Of a DNA stretch of 64,000 nt, positions 1 through 12,322 are shown one piece after another. The translations under genes and the position numbers were made by a program. Numbering within the stretch: the first letter of the stretch is position 1; the number at the start of each line of letters is the position of its first letter. The stretch covers positions 6,854,122 to 6,918,121 of the forward strand of contig MU053810.1 in the NCBI GenBank assembly GCA_013239625.1, read 5' to 3'. The notes under the pieces are model-generated. The model made no database searches and was not told the origin of the DNA. It worked only from the letters and a program-made list of their open reading frames with translations. The DNA is from Lama guanicoe. Taxonomy: Eukaryota.

Positions 1-1439
1 TCTTAGCTCCTCTCTCCAAATGGGATAAAAGACTATTATATGTTTGGGAATGTCAGGCCTTTTTCTAGATTTACAGCTATAAATTAAATAAGTTTTATCT
101 TTGAGGTACATCCTTTTCTGTTTTCTGTGTCCCATTTTCGCTATCAAGCAACCGATTTCTTCCTGTTGCCTCTAACTCCCAAGACTTCTTCCTACTGCCC
201 TTCTCAGTGCAGCACTGGTTATTACAGACCTGCTGTCCCATCTTCCTGCAGACCCATGTAGAATTCCTACTCCAAGAGCTCTGCTTCTAAAAACTGGTTA
301 TCCTAATATAATAAAATATGTGAGGCAAAGTGCTAAATACCAGTGGTACTTAAGGATTATCTCTTTATACGTATCACTGATGTACGTGTGTTTGTTTCCT
401 TATTCGCTTATTTAACTACATATTATGAACACTTATTATATATCGTCTACTATGCTAGCTGTCTTACATGTGTTCTCTCATTTTTTGGGTTTTCAATACT
501 TTCTTTACCTTTGGCCCAAGGGATAAATGTGGTCATTCCTTACTTTATGGAAACTGCCTCAAGAACATACGAAAACAACTGCACATATAAATTGCTTAGA
601 TACTATGATTAAAAACTGTTATAACATATTAAAACACATAGATATGTGGTATAAGTCTAACAATAAACAAAAATATTTTTAAATGTTTGGAGAGTCCTTG
701 GTAGATGACCCTGGTGAGTTATACTTTGTGTTCTTTAGGACAAGGAATGAACCATGTTAGATTTTCATGCAACCTGGCACTGGCCATCAGGAAAGTTATT
801 TTTGGTCAAAGAGCACTTCACTGACCTCAAATTATAACATGCAGTTAGCTTCCTGTTCTGTCATTGAGGCAGGCTAGTTCTAGTTAAGTATGTGCTGAGG
901 TCAAAGCTGAATCGCAGCTATGTCCAAATATAGATTATTTTCTGAAAGCTGTGGCCTCTTTTCTAGGGCTGCCGTGTGTACAGCATGGGGGTTGGACTTC
1001 CGCAGAGAAGCAGCCTCTTCTTAGAGAGAGTAGGTCCAGTGAAAAACACTGACTTTTAAAATAAGGAAGAAAGTAGGAGTGTGCAAATTAAATAAAGATA
1101 AGTTGTTAAAGGTTAACTAGTTTCTCCCGGTTGTGTTATAAGCAAATGGCATAGTCATTCTCTGGTTCTACAATATTTAGATGTTTTATTTCAGTCACAT
1201 AGTGGGAGCTGAGAACAAATGTGGGTAAACCAGACACAAAATACCTTCACAGAACATAAGCTAAAACCTATTCCCTTAATCCTTCAGTGTTGAATCATAT
1301 GTTATGTCTGGACCATAAATGTGAGGAATGCCAAAGTAGCTGGGCTATCGCCATGGTTTGGTAAACACACACATGGCTGCACACACACATACACATGAGA
1401 AAAAGCATATCCATGCTGAAAATATGTTATCCTTGCTAT

Positions 1440-2003
1440 TGTATCAGTTTTCTATTGCTGTGTAATAACTTACTGAAGACCTATGGCTTAAAACACCTAT
1501 TATTTCCTAGGTTCTGTTGATCAGAAGTGTGGCCCCGTGAAGCTGGGGTCTCTGCTCAGGGTCTCACTAGATGGAAACCAAGGGTGTGACCAGGCTATAT
1601 TCTCATCTGGGTCCTCTTTCAAATGTATTCAGGCTATTGGAAGAATTTATAGATCCTTGCATTTATAGGACCGAGGTCCCTGTACTCTTGCTGGCTGCCC
1701 TTAGCTCTTAGGGGCCACTCAGGTCATAGCGACATGGCCCTCTTACAACAAGCTAATTTACTTCTTCACAGCTGGTACTAGACTCTCTCTCCAATCTGCT
1801 ACTATGGGAAGGAGTCTTATTTAATGCAATGTAATCACTTGAGTGACTGTAACATCACCTTTGATTTTAGGCTATAACATAGCCTAGCAAGGGAGTGAGT
1901 ACCTCATTTTATTCTCACAGGCCCCACCCACACGCAAGGTGAGGGACTGTAAGCACACATGGGAACAGAATCTTGGAGTTCATCTTGAAATTATGCCTAC
2001 AAC
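1440..2003 (-). mobile_element. ERVL-MaLR solo LTR (MLT1E/F-like)
   Basis: Starts tgtatcagttttctattgctg (reverse complement of the MLT1 3' end) and ends ...tgcctacaaca; internal 'ggctattggaagaatttatag...ggaccgaggtccctg' resembles MLT1. Confidence 0.75.
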
Positions 2004-2524
2004 ACCTACTTCTCAGAACAAGGGCTGGACTCTGGGAATTACATGACTGAGGAGAGAGCAAAATGTTACTCACCTCCAGAACCTAGAAGTTAAGTATAAA
2101 CAGTCTCAAGGTGAAGAACACTGCTCTCCAAGAGAAAACCAGGAATAAAAATCTGTAATTGTCTACCAAGTTTGCCAGAGAAAGACACTCAGGTCTGAAT
2201 CTCAATGTATCCTTTGAACTATGCCTAGGAGAGATGCAAATTCCTACACAGGCCAACAGTCCTGCAGGCAAGGATTTATGGCTGACTATCTAAATGACAC
2301 CTGTGCCTCAGTCTTAGCAACCCCCAACCCTAACTTCCCAGAAGACTCCTCCTCTCACCACTACACTCCTTCTTAATTATTATAGCCAACAGTTGGCTAC
2401 AAGCCAATATAGCAACATTGAATTCTCTAGAGATAGAGTAAAAAGTCAATATTCAAATTGTAACAGTGACATCTTCTGGAGTAAGATAAAAATAATCAAG
2501 TGAGCAAGTTTTGATTCTGGAGTA

Positions 2525-2858
2525 CCTGCTCACCACAGAGATATTGTGGGTTTGGTTCCAGACCACTGCAACAAAGTAAAACCACAATAAAACAAGTCAC
2601 ACAAATGTCTTGATTTCCTAGTGCATATAAAAGTTATGCATACAGCATACAGTCGATTAAGTGCCCAAGAGCATTATGTTTAAAGAAAATAATGTATGTA
2701 CCTCAATTAAAAAATATTTTATTGTGAAAAAGTGCTAATCATCATCTGATAACACAGGGTTGCCACAAACCTTTAATTTGTTAAAAAAAGAAAAGAAAAG
2801 AAAAGTATAATATGTTTGCTGTGCACTAAAGCAAAGTACAATAAAATGAGATAGCCTG
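2525..2858 (-). mobile_element. Internally deleted Tigger1 derivative (TcMar-Tigger MITE)
   Basis: Both Tigger1 termini are recognisable (gagatattgtgggtttggttccagaccactgc; gtacaataaaatgagatagcctg), flanked by TA at 2523-2524 and 2859-2860. Confidence 0.8.
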
Positions 2859-2860
2859 TA

Positions 2861-3380
2861 TCTGCCCTGTATAATCACCTCTCCTTGAGTGTGGGTGGAC
2901 CTATAAATATAACGGGGTAGCCTTTCCTTCGATTAGGTTACATTACATGGCAAAGTGATAGGATAGTCACTCCCACGATTACATTACAGGAGACTCCATC
3001 TTGAACAGACTGGGAAAATTTTCTTGGTAGCCTTGAAAAGTAAGGCGCAAAGCTGAGAGGGTCACATGACTAGGCCTTGAGGAGACTTCTAGGTGCTGAA
3101 GGTTAAGCCCAGGTTGGCATCTAGGGGACCTCATACATATACAGTTGCAAGGAACCAAATTCTGCCAATGACCTGAATGAACCTGGAAGAAGACCCTGAG
3201 CCTCAGATCTGATCACATCGCAGGCGGCACCCTGATTTTGGCCCAGTGAGAGCCTGTGCAGAGGAACTAGCTAACCTCTGACTGAAAAGCTAACCAGTTA
3301 AAACTGTGTGATAATAAGACTGTGTTGCTTTAAGATATTAACTTTGTGGAAATTCTTCATGTAGTGTAGAGACCTAACAT
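2861..3380 (+). mobile_element. ERVL-MaLR LTR (MLT1E/F-like), 5' part interrupted by or abutting the Tigger1 element
   Basis: 'taatcacctctccttgagtgtgggtggacc', 'aattctgccaatgacctgaatgaacctggaag' and 'aaactgtgtgataataa...tgttgctttaag' are MLT1 hallmarks. Confidence 0.75.
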
Positions 3381-5334
3381 ATGAACAGATTGATAAATAA
3401 ATAAGCAAACTAGCAATATTAGTTTTAGGAATTTTATGCAACAGCTCTCAATAAGTGAATCCCAATTGGTCTTATTTGAGTAGCTACAATATTTTCAGGC
3501 ATTTAAAATGTATTGAAAATGAAAATATGGCTAAAGCAAACACATTTTCTGGTGGTAATCCAGAGGACTGGAGATGACAAACTGAAGCAAAACACTCCTT
3601 AAATGATGAAACAATGCCAAACCAGTGGGAAGGTAATCATCTTGCTCCACAAGGTTAATAGAAAATCTGAGTAATTAATTATGGTAGATATTAGATGTAT
3701 TCACACATATGCACAGAAGCAAACAGCACTTACTCTGAAAGTTGTTCACTGAGAAGACTCGAGGATGATAGAATCCCGCTTTGCAAATGCACTGATAGGC
3801 TCCAAGCACGAATCCTAGGCCTTTAATTGGCATACACTATGAAACAGAAAAGACAGCAATACAGTTGATCACAGTCTATTTCACAGTATAAAGATGCACA
3901 GCTATCTGTCATTGCAACTGGTAACAGAACTACCATACTTTCCAGAAATAAAATATCCCATTTTTGAACTTTTATTTTAGGTTTGTTGGCCAACAGACTT
4001 TTTTTTAGAAGTAGCAAATTGAGTTTCCTTTCTAAATATATGCCGTTACAGCTGCATTTGCCATACGTCTATATCTCAGTCAATTGCCATAGGAAGTAAT
4101 TATAGACATAGGTTTTTTCAATGTCTCAAATATCATCTTACTGCTTTAAGAGACATTTCCTAAGCCTATAAGAATATTCTAAGTGATTCCGTGCTAAATA
4201 TTTCCACCAGAGCAAAGGTCGGTAAGTAGCTAGGTGGACAGACAGATATATAGAAGCTAATATGTGGAAACTGCCCATGAATTAAGTATTTATCAAATTT
4301 CACCCTCCAAATAAAAAATACAAATTGATGGAATAACAAAGCAAGTAAACTTTAAATTGTAAGTTTAGAAGAGAAAAAAAAGTTGGACTTTTTTTTTAAA
4401 TAATCCGAAGTGCTTTTTACCTAAAATCTGTTTCATAGATAAATGTTCTACATGCACATAAAAAGAAGAAAAACAATGATTGGCTTTCCAAACATGTTAC
4501 ACAGATACACATAATGGACAGCTCCCTAAAGCTTAATATTGGCTTCTTTCAATTATATCACTGAACCCTAGCAAAATTCAGTGTAACATACTTGATTTCT
4601 GTTACATTCAATTACATAAGCATGGAATAACTTCTATTAAAATACAGTTTATCAGTAAAGCAGTGTTTCAAGAATTTAATCAACACTGAAACTTCTTTTC
4701 TGATATCTCTCTGACAAGATCTCAACCTTTTTGCCTTTTAGCCATTATAATCTATTAAAGGAGCTAGGAATTTAGTGAATTTAAAAGTTATAAAGTGTCC
4801 CTCTGATACAAAGGCCCTTGAGAGAAAATTCTAAATTATCTAAATAATGCTCCTACAATCTAAGTTTTAATGACTGGCAACAAGATTGATTACTGCATAT
4901 CATTGAAAACTCCAGCAAATAGTAAAGCATTTATACGTAAGGTAGCAAGAGCTAATACATGCTCTAAATTCACATATTATACCAAGAAAACCTTTGAAAA
5001 AAGAGCTTTCTAAAATACCTTCTTGAGTATCTTATATAATTAATACCCCCCTTTTTTACCCCACCCAACACCCACGTACCCAATTATATCTTTCAATTGA
5101 AAACACAGTTCTTCCCCCAGAGCAAAATACAAGAGCAGATGAGCACCAGGCAGTTCAACTGAGTTGGCAAGTATCTATGAAATAACTATTGTGTGCCTAG
5201 AGAATTCCTAAAGGACCTGAATGAATTAACACATACTATTTATAAAGGCCCAGTCATATAGTGGGTCAGATCGTATTTCTGAATTGTATAAACAAAAGGG
5301 CAATTACAACAATTACTTTAGAGAAGCACTAGTA

Positions 5335-5490
5335 TGATGAAGAGATCATATTATTTGTGGTCAGTCAGAAAATACATATTTGAATTCTGACTTTAATCAC
5401 TTACTAACTATGTGGACTTCTCTAAAGCCTTATTATTCTAACTTCTCCTAACTTCTCTAAAGCCTTATTATTATTTTTCACTTTGTAAGA
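5335..5490 (+). mobile_element. MIR SINE fragment
   Basis: 'tttgaattctgactttaatcacttactaactatgtg' resembles the MIR core; contains a local duplication of acttctctaaagccttattatt. Confidence 0.5.
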
Positions 5491-5539
5491 ACAATCACTC
5501 AGTCAGCTGCAGGTCCAGTTTGAAGAAGGCAGAACTACC

Positions 5540-5980
5540 AAGATGTCCTAACAGGTGCAATATGGGGTATAAGAGGAAGAGAAGAATAAAGGATGACTCC
5601 AGTGATCTTGGTCTGAGCAACCTTAAGAATGGAGATGCCATCATTGAGCCGGGAAAGGCTGCAGGTGAAGTCGATTTGGAGAAAAGAGCAGAAATTCAGT
5701 TTTACAAATGTTAATGAAGTGCCTATTTGAAATTTAATTCTCAATATCAAATAGGCAGTCTGATAAAGTAGTATGGAATTTAGGAGAGATGTCTGGGCTG
5801 TATAATTTGGGATTCATTTGCTTAAAGACAACAGATAAAGCCATGAGAGAAGACTAAACCATTAAGGAAGTGCCTGTAGGCAGTGAAGGAAATAGTGGTG
5901 AGACTTGGGACCCTCCTCAGGAGGCTAAGAGGTGAGGCAGAAAGGACAAAGCAAAGGATACTGAGAAGAGCAATTCAGTG
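5540..5980 (-). mobile_element. L2 LINE fragment
   Basis: Purine-rich antisense L2 motifs 'aaggatgactccag', 'gaaattcagtttt', 'ggagagatgtctgggctg'. Confidence 0.65.
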
Positions 5981-7303
5981 ACATGTCATTATTTAATTAA
6001 CTAGACAGTGATACTAAGTGCATAACATGGAATTTCTTGTGAGTTATACCAACTAAACATTCATCTGGCCAAGATATGTCCAGGTAAAACAAGCCTTGGA
6101 CACTAAGAATATAGCAGTGTACTTTAAATATTCTGCTTCACTGGAATTTGGAGGTTAATGCTATTCATTCAATTAGCACTAAATTCCTGGTAATGTCACT
6201 TGGCAATGCAACACTGACTCAGATGAGAATTTTAAATGTTTAAGGCAGATCTGAAAGTTTATTGGAACAAGAATACCTCTTTAATATAAGTTAACTATAG
6301 AGCTGAAAGAAAAATTAAGTTTCTAAAAAATCTACCTGATTAGATAAATATTACCAAATATAAAGTCCCCTGAACTTAAAAAATGCTTCATAATTATGGG
6401 AAATACTGCAATATGAATTATTAGTTACCTCAAACTGTTTTAGTCTTAAATTATCTTATATTCTCAAAGAAAATTTTTTAAATGCACAACCAGTTAAATT
6501 CAATAAAAGAATATCACTCTGAAGCATACACTCCAAGACTGTGGGGCCTGTGTGGAACTAAATGTGCTGCTGCTTACATACACTTGTCTTGGAGTGTTAC
6601 AAGTGATCTTGGCTTATTTTTCTCTTAATGATTGTAATTTTTCACTCAACTTGCCATACTTTCATGCTCCATCCACCACCACCATTCTATAGCTACTCCA
6701 ATTTGGCCACCTCCAACCAAACTTTTACCTTTTTAAAATGAGGCAATTGGTTTATTAGTCAAGCTAGTTTGTTGTTTTTTTTTTAAATCTCCATAAGTAT
6801 AGTGACTACTCAACCTTTATTTATTGTATTTGGACTGAATATCTGCTTTTTATAATGTTTTCTCCTTAGGAATTTAGAATATAAGCATAAATCTTCATTA
6901 AATATAGGAGAAACTTCAGACTTTTACTCTAACATTCATTTAAGATAATCATTTTAGATATTAAAGATATTTATTTTATATATTCAAGTCTAAATTTTTC
7001 TACTTTAACTTTATAGAAGTCCAAGAGGGTAGAAATTGAAAAAGCAGCCCTTCTTGTTCCATAAGGGTAGCTCTTCCATGATGGCCTTTGATAAACATTA
7101 AGTTTCTTATATTAAGAGTTATAGCCCCCTTGTGAGTGAGGTGGGTGCTCACAAGACTGCATGCCTTCTTTGATGAACCTTACCAAGCCATCAGCAGAGA
7201 TTTCCTAAAGAGAGCTCTAGAGAACACATAATCAAAGTTAGGTTCCTAAGAGTAATCCACATCCAGATGGGAAGAGATGGTGGTTAAGAATATAGAGCAA
7301 AAT

Positions 7304-8400
7304 GGATAGATTGCTAGGAAGTAAACAACCTACCAAATCTGAGTCATGAAGAAATGAAAAACCTAAGCAAACTTTATACTAATAAGGAGACTGAATCAGT
7401 AATCAAAAACTTCCTAACAGAGAAAAGCCCCAGCCTCACTGGACAAGACAGCCTCATAGGACAAGCCTACCAAACATTTAAAGACGAATTAACATCAATA
7501 TTTCTCAAACTGTTCCAAAAATTGAAGAGAGAACACTTCCTAACTCATTTTATGAGGTCAGCATTACTCTGATATCAAAGACAGCCAAAGATAATACAAG
7601 AAAAGAAAATTGCAAACCAATAATCCTGATTAATATTGTTGTGAAAAATTTTAACAAAATGCTAGCAAACCATATTCAACATCACATTAAAAGGATATAT
7701 ACCATGACAAAGTGGGATTTATTCTTGGGATATGAGAAGGTTCTTTTACAAAAATCAATGTAATACACTGCATTCACAGAATGAAGGACAAAAACTACAA
7801 GATCATTGCAATTAAAGCAGAAAAAGCATTTGATAAAATTCAACACATTTTCATGATAAAAACTTCAACAAACTAGGAATAGAAGAAAACTATCTCAACA
7901 TAATAATAGTCATATATGAAAAGCCTGTAACTAACATCACATTCAATGAATGTGAAAAGCTGAAACAAGGAAAGGATGCCCACTGTTACCTCTTCTGTTC
8001 AGCACAGTATTAGAAGTCCTAGCAAGAGCAATTAGGCAAGAAAAATAAAAGACAGCCAAAAAGAAAATGAAGAAGTTCAATTACCTCTGTTTGCAGATGA
8101 CATGACGTCATATGTAGAAAACCCTAAAGATCCCCATCCCCTACCAAAAATAAGCTTTTGTAACTAATAAACATATTTAGCTAAGTTCCAGGATATGAAA
8201 TCAAAATATAAAGTTGGTTGATTGTTAAATGCTAACAATGAACAATCCAGAAGGATTTTTTTAAAAAATCTCATTTATAATAGCTTCGAAAAGAATGAAA
8301 TACTTTGAAACAAATTTAAACCAAGGATGTGAAAGACTTATAAACTAAAAACCAGGAAACATTGCTGAAAGATATTAGAGAAGACAAACAAAAGTAATGA
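7304..8400 (+). mobile_element. LINE-1 ORF2 fragment (linker and RT region; L1MA/MB age), degenerate
   Basis: Translates to L1 ORF2 motifs such as 'ESVIKNFLTEKSP', 'YQTFKDELTSIFLKLFQK', '[10 protein letters not shown]' and 'LFADDMTSYVENPKD'. Confidence 0.9.
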
Positions 8401-8404
8401 CATC

Positions 8405-10722
8405 GGGGGGGGGGTCCAAAATGGCAACATAGGAAGACCCTGATCTCACTTTCTCCCACAGATACACCAAATCTACAGCTACAGCTGAATCATTTCTTTG
8501 TGAAGATCTGAAAACGAGATGACCTGTTTCTCCACAACAAAGAATAAAAGGACCACACTGAGATGGGTAGGAAAGGGAGAGACACAATCTTAACAAAAGC
8601 CCCACTCCTGGAGTGATGACACACAATAGGGAGGAATCTCACCAGTCTGGCACTTCTTCTGGAGGAGCAAGGGGTTAGTGCCCCACATCAAGCACCCCAA
8701 CCCCTGGGCTCTGCAACAGGAAGATGAGCCCAAAAAACATCTGGCTTAGAAAAATAAAGTGCTACGGGAAACTCAGATTCCCCTTTTAAAGGGCGCATGT
8801 GCACTCTCACTCATCCTGAGACCCAGAGAGAAAATAGCAGTTTGAAAATCACCTATGCTACTTGTGAAGGACACTCTTTGCTAATCTAAAAGCATCTGCT
8901 AGAGGGGTAGACACTGGTGGACATAATAATTTCATTCTCTATCTACCCTGCTAGCATAGGCAGCACTCCTCCGGATCTCTAGGACTAGAGGCCAGCAGGG
9001 ATTACAGTTGTGGCCCCGTGGGACTGTATATATCTTCATCCTTTAAAATCTGCTGCCTGAGGGTCTAACTTTCAGTCAGCCTGGATCTAGGTGCTAATTG
9101 AGATTCTTCCCAAAGCAACACTGCCAGGTATTGGCACATCTCCAACAATGGGGATATATCAAGACTAAATTAGGTGGCTTAGATAATCACAAAGGTTTGA
9201 GACACAACCAAAAACTAAGGCAAGACTGAATGAGAAGGTTCATCATTTACTTAAGGCTACTCCTTCAAGACTGAGAGAGGTAGCTGTTTTGCCTAACACA
9301 TACTAAAAACAGAGTATCAAGCAAAATAAGGAACCAGAGAAATATGTTCCAAACAAAGAACAAGACAAAACCTCATAAAAAGGCCATAATGATATCGAGA
9401 TAAGTAATCTACTTGATAAAGAATTAAAAGTAATGGTCATAAAGATGCTCATCAAACTCAGGAGAAGAATGAATAACCACTGTGAAAATTTCAACAAAGA
9501 AATAGAAAACGTAAGAAAATACCAAACAGAAATCACAGAGCTGAAGAATACAATAATTGAACTGAAAAAGACACTTGAGTAGTTAAACAGCAGACTGGAT
9601 GATGTAAAAGAAAAGAGCAAGCTACAAGACAAAGCAATGAAACTCACTCAGATCAGCAAGATGAAAAAAGAACTTAAGAAAATGAAGATGACACAAGGTA
9701 CCTATGCGATAACATCAAACAGAATAACATTCACATTTTAAGGGTCCCAAAAGGAGAAGAGAAAAAGGGGCAAAAAAATTATTTGTATAAATAATGTCTG
9801 AAAATTCCCCTAACCTGGGGAAGGAAACAGACATCCAGGTCCAGGAAGCCTAGGAAGTTCCAAACAAGATAAATCCAAAGAAATCCACACCAAGACACAT
9901 GATCTCAAAAGTTAAAGTGAGACTCTTAAAAGCAGCAAAAGAAAAACCATTACACACAAAGGAAGCCCCATAAGGCTATCAGCAGACTTCTTGGCAAAAA
10001 CTTTGCAGGCCAGAAGGAAGTGTATGACGTAGTCAACGTGCTGAAAGGAAAAAACTTACAACCAAGAATATCCACCCAGAAAGAACTAAAGGAGAGATTG
10101 TTTTCCAGACAATCAAAGCTAAAGGAGTACATTACTACTAAACTGGCTTTACAGAAAATCTTAAAGGGACCTTTACGATGAAATGAAATGATACTAATTA
10201 ATAACAAAAAAACACACAAAAGTAAAAAAATCTCACTGAAAAACATAAACATAGTAAAGTTAGTGGATTAATCACTCATAAAGTTACTATGAAGGTTAAA
10301 AGGCAAAGACAGCAAAATTAACTAAAAATACAATAATCTGTTAGGAATATATAAAAATAGATGTGAAATGTGGTATCAAAAACACAAAACATGGGGTGGA
10401 AGGGAGTAAAAATGGAGAATTTTGGAATGTATTCAAATTTAAGTTGTTATCAATTTAAAGTAGGCCATTATATATTCCTAAAAGAAAACATAGGTGGTAA
10501 GCTCTTTGACATCTATGATATTTTTGTGGATCCAACTCCAAAGGCAAGGGAAACAAAAACGAAAATAAACAAATGAGACTACATGAAACTAAAAGGCTTT
10601 TGAACAGAAAATGAAACCATCATCAAAATGAAAAGGCAACCTACTTAATGGGAGAAGATATTTGCAAATCATATATCCAATAAGGGGCTGATATACAGAA
10701 CTTAACAACCAAAAAAAAAAAA
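8405..10722 (+). mobile_element. Second LINE-1 within the first: 5'UTR, degenerate ORF1 (~9320-10180), inter-ORF, then a jump to a late ORF2 piece (~10470-10710)
   Basis: G-run plus ccaaaatggc (YY1-type L1 start) at 8405; ORF1 motifs 'aacattcacatt..agggtcccaaaaggagaaga' and 'ataaggctatcagcagacttc'; late ORF2 'tgggagaagatatttgcaaatcatata'. Confidence 0.85.
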
Positions 10723-11283
10723 TTGCCATGTGATCCAATAATCCCACTTCTGGGTATATATCCAAAAGAACTGAAAGCAGGGTCTTGAAAAGATATTTAC
10801 ACACCCATGTTCACTGCAGCATTATTCATAATAGCCAAGAAGGGGAAGAAACTCAAATGTTCACCAATGGGTAAGTAAAGAATATGTGGATATGCATATG
10901 CAATGGAATTATTACTCAGCCTTAAAAAAGACAGCAATCCTGTCACATACTTCAACATGGATGGACCCTGAGCACTTTATTCTCAATGAAATAAGCCAGT
11001 TACAAACATCACAAACACTGCATTATTCCACTAATCTATGGTATCTAAAGTAATTAAACTCATGGAAAAATAAAGTGGCATGGTGGTTGCAAGGGACTAG
11101 GGGCAGTGGGAAATGAGAAGTTGTCTAATGGGCACAGAGTTTCAATTTGTAAGATGAGAAAGTTCTAGAGATCTGTTCCACAACAATGTGAAAGTAATGT
11201 ATACTACTGAACAGTACATTTAAAAATGGTTAATATGGTAAATTTTGTGTTACGTATTTTTTATCACGATTAAAAATAAAAAA
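10723..11283 (+). mobile_element. LINE-1 3' end (L1MA9/L1MB-like)
   Basis: 'aatcccacttctgggtatatatccaaaagaactgaaagcaggg' through 'aaaaatggttaatatggtaaattttgtgttacg' and an A-rich tail. Confidence 0.9.
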
Positions 11284-12119
11284 GGAGTTTAGAGCAAAAT
11301 AGTCTTTCTTCCTCAACAATAGTTATGTAAAGAAAAAAAACCAAAGTTATATACAGGTTATATTGCAACACATAATTGGCATGACATACGATCCTTCTTA
11401 ACTCCTGGTAAACAGAATGCAGGGCAAAACCTGGCTAGCCTGAACTATGAAGATTTTGTATGGAGATACTATAGAGCAATGAAATGGCTAAAATGAAGGC
11501 CAAAATCAAATATGTACAGGGGAAGTCTTGTTTGGCATTTAATGCAAACAATGCTTGTGCCTACGGATCACATTTGCATGTCATTCTGAAGAAAAACTAA
11601 TTTAGACTGAAAGAAGACAAATATGCAAATACAATAAAATTCACAATTCAAAATCCTCTACAAACCTTTTAAACACCTTTCTTTCTTTTCTCTTCTTTTC
11701 TTTTCTTTTTTTTCTTTAACTTTGTTTTAGAATCCTCCTAAAATGTGAAATGTTTTCTGGCTTCTCTGGACTGAACACCATGAACAAAATTTAACATTTT
11801 CTTCAGGAGTCAGAATCATTACTGAACTGTGCTGAAATACACTAATGCCCTCTGGAGCTATTGATAGTTTATAGCTATTTTCTCATGCACCAAATAGCCC
11901 AGACTGCTGGACTTTTTGAGTTCTTTGGCTTAGTTTTTATATGTTTTCTTCTTTCTTTTTAATTCTGTTGTCATACTTTAGTTGTAAAATACAGACTTAT
12001 TTCTCGAAGTGTCTTTTCCCTGCTATATTACAGTTATAATTGCCTGTATACAAGGAAACTAGATCAGCAAACATACAAAGCTAGAGTACATGAGATAATA
12101 TGTAACAAAGTAAGAGTAA

Positions 12120-12322
12120 ATAACATAATAGTAAATGGTTCACATTTACTCAGTGTTTGGTATATGTCAGGTCCTGTTCTAAGCAGTGCATTAGCATTAA
12201 CACATTTAACCCTACATCAATTCTATTATTATCTCCATCTTAAAGATGAGAAAATTAAGGCACAGACTGCTAAGGTAACTTGCCCAAAGCTTTAAGGAGC
12301 AGAGCCAGGATTCAACCCCAGG
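12120..12322 (-). mobile_element. MIR SINE
   Basis: 'atctccatcttaaagatgagaaaattaaggcacaga...ggtaacttgcccaa...gagccaggattcaacccagg'. Confidence 0.8.

Noticed and set aside
9303..10804. Hydrophobic minus-strand ORFs
   Set aside because: Antisense translations of A-rich L1 ORF1/ORF2 sequence.
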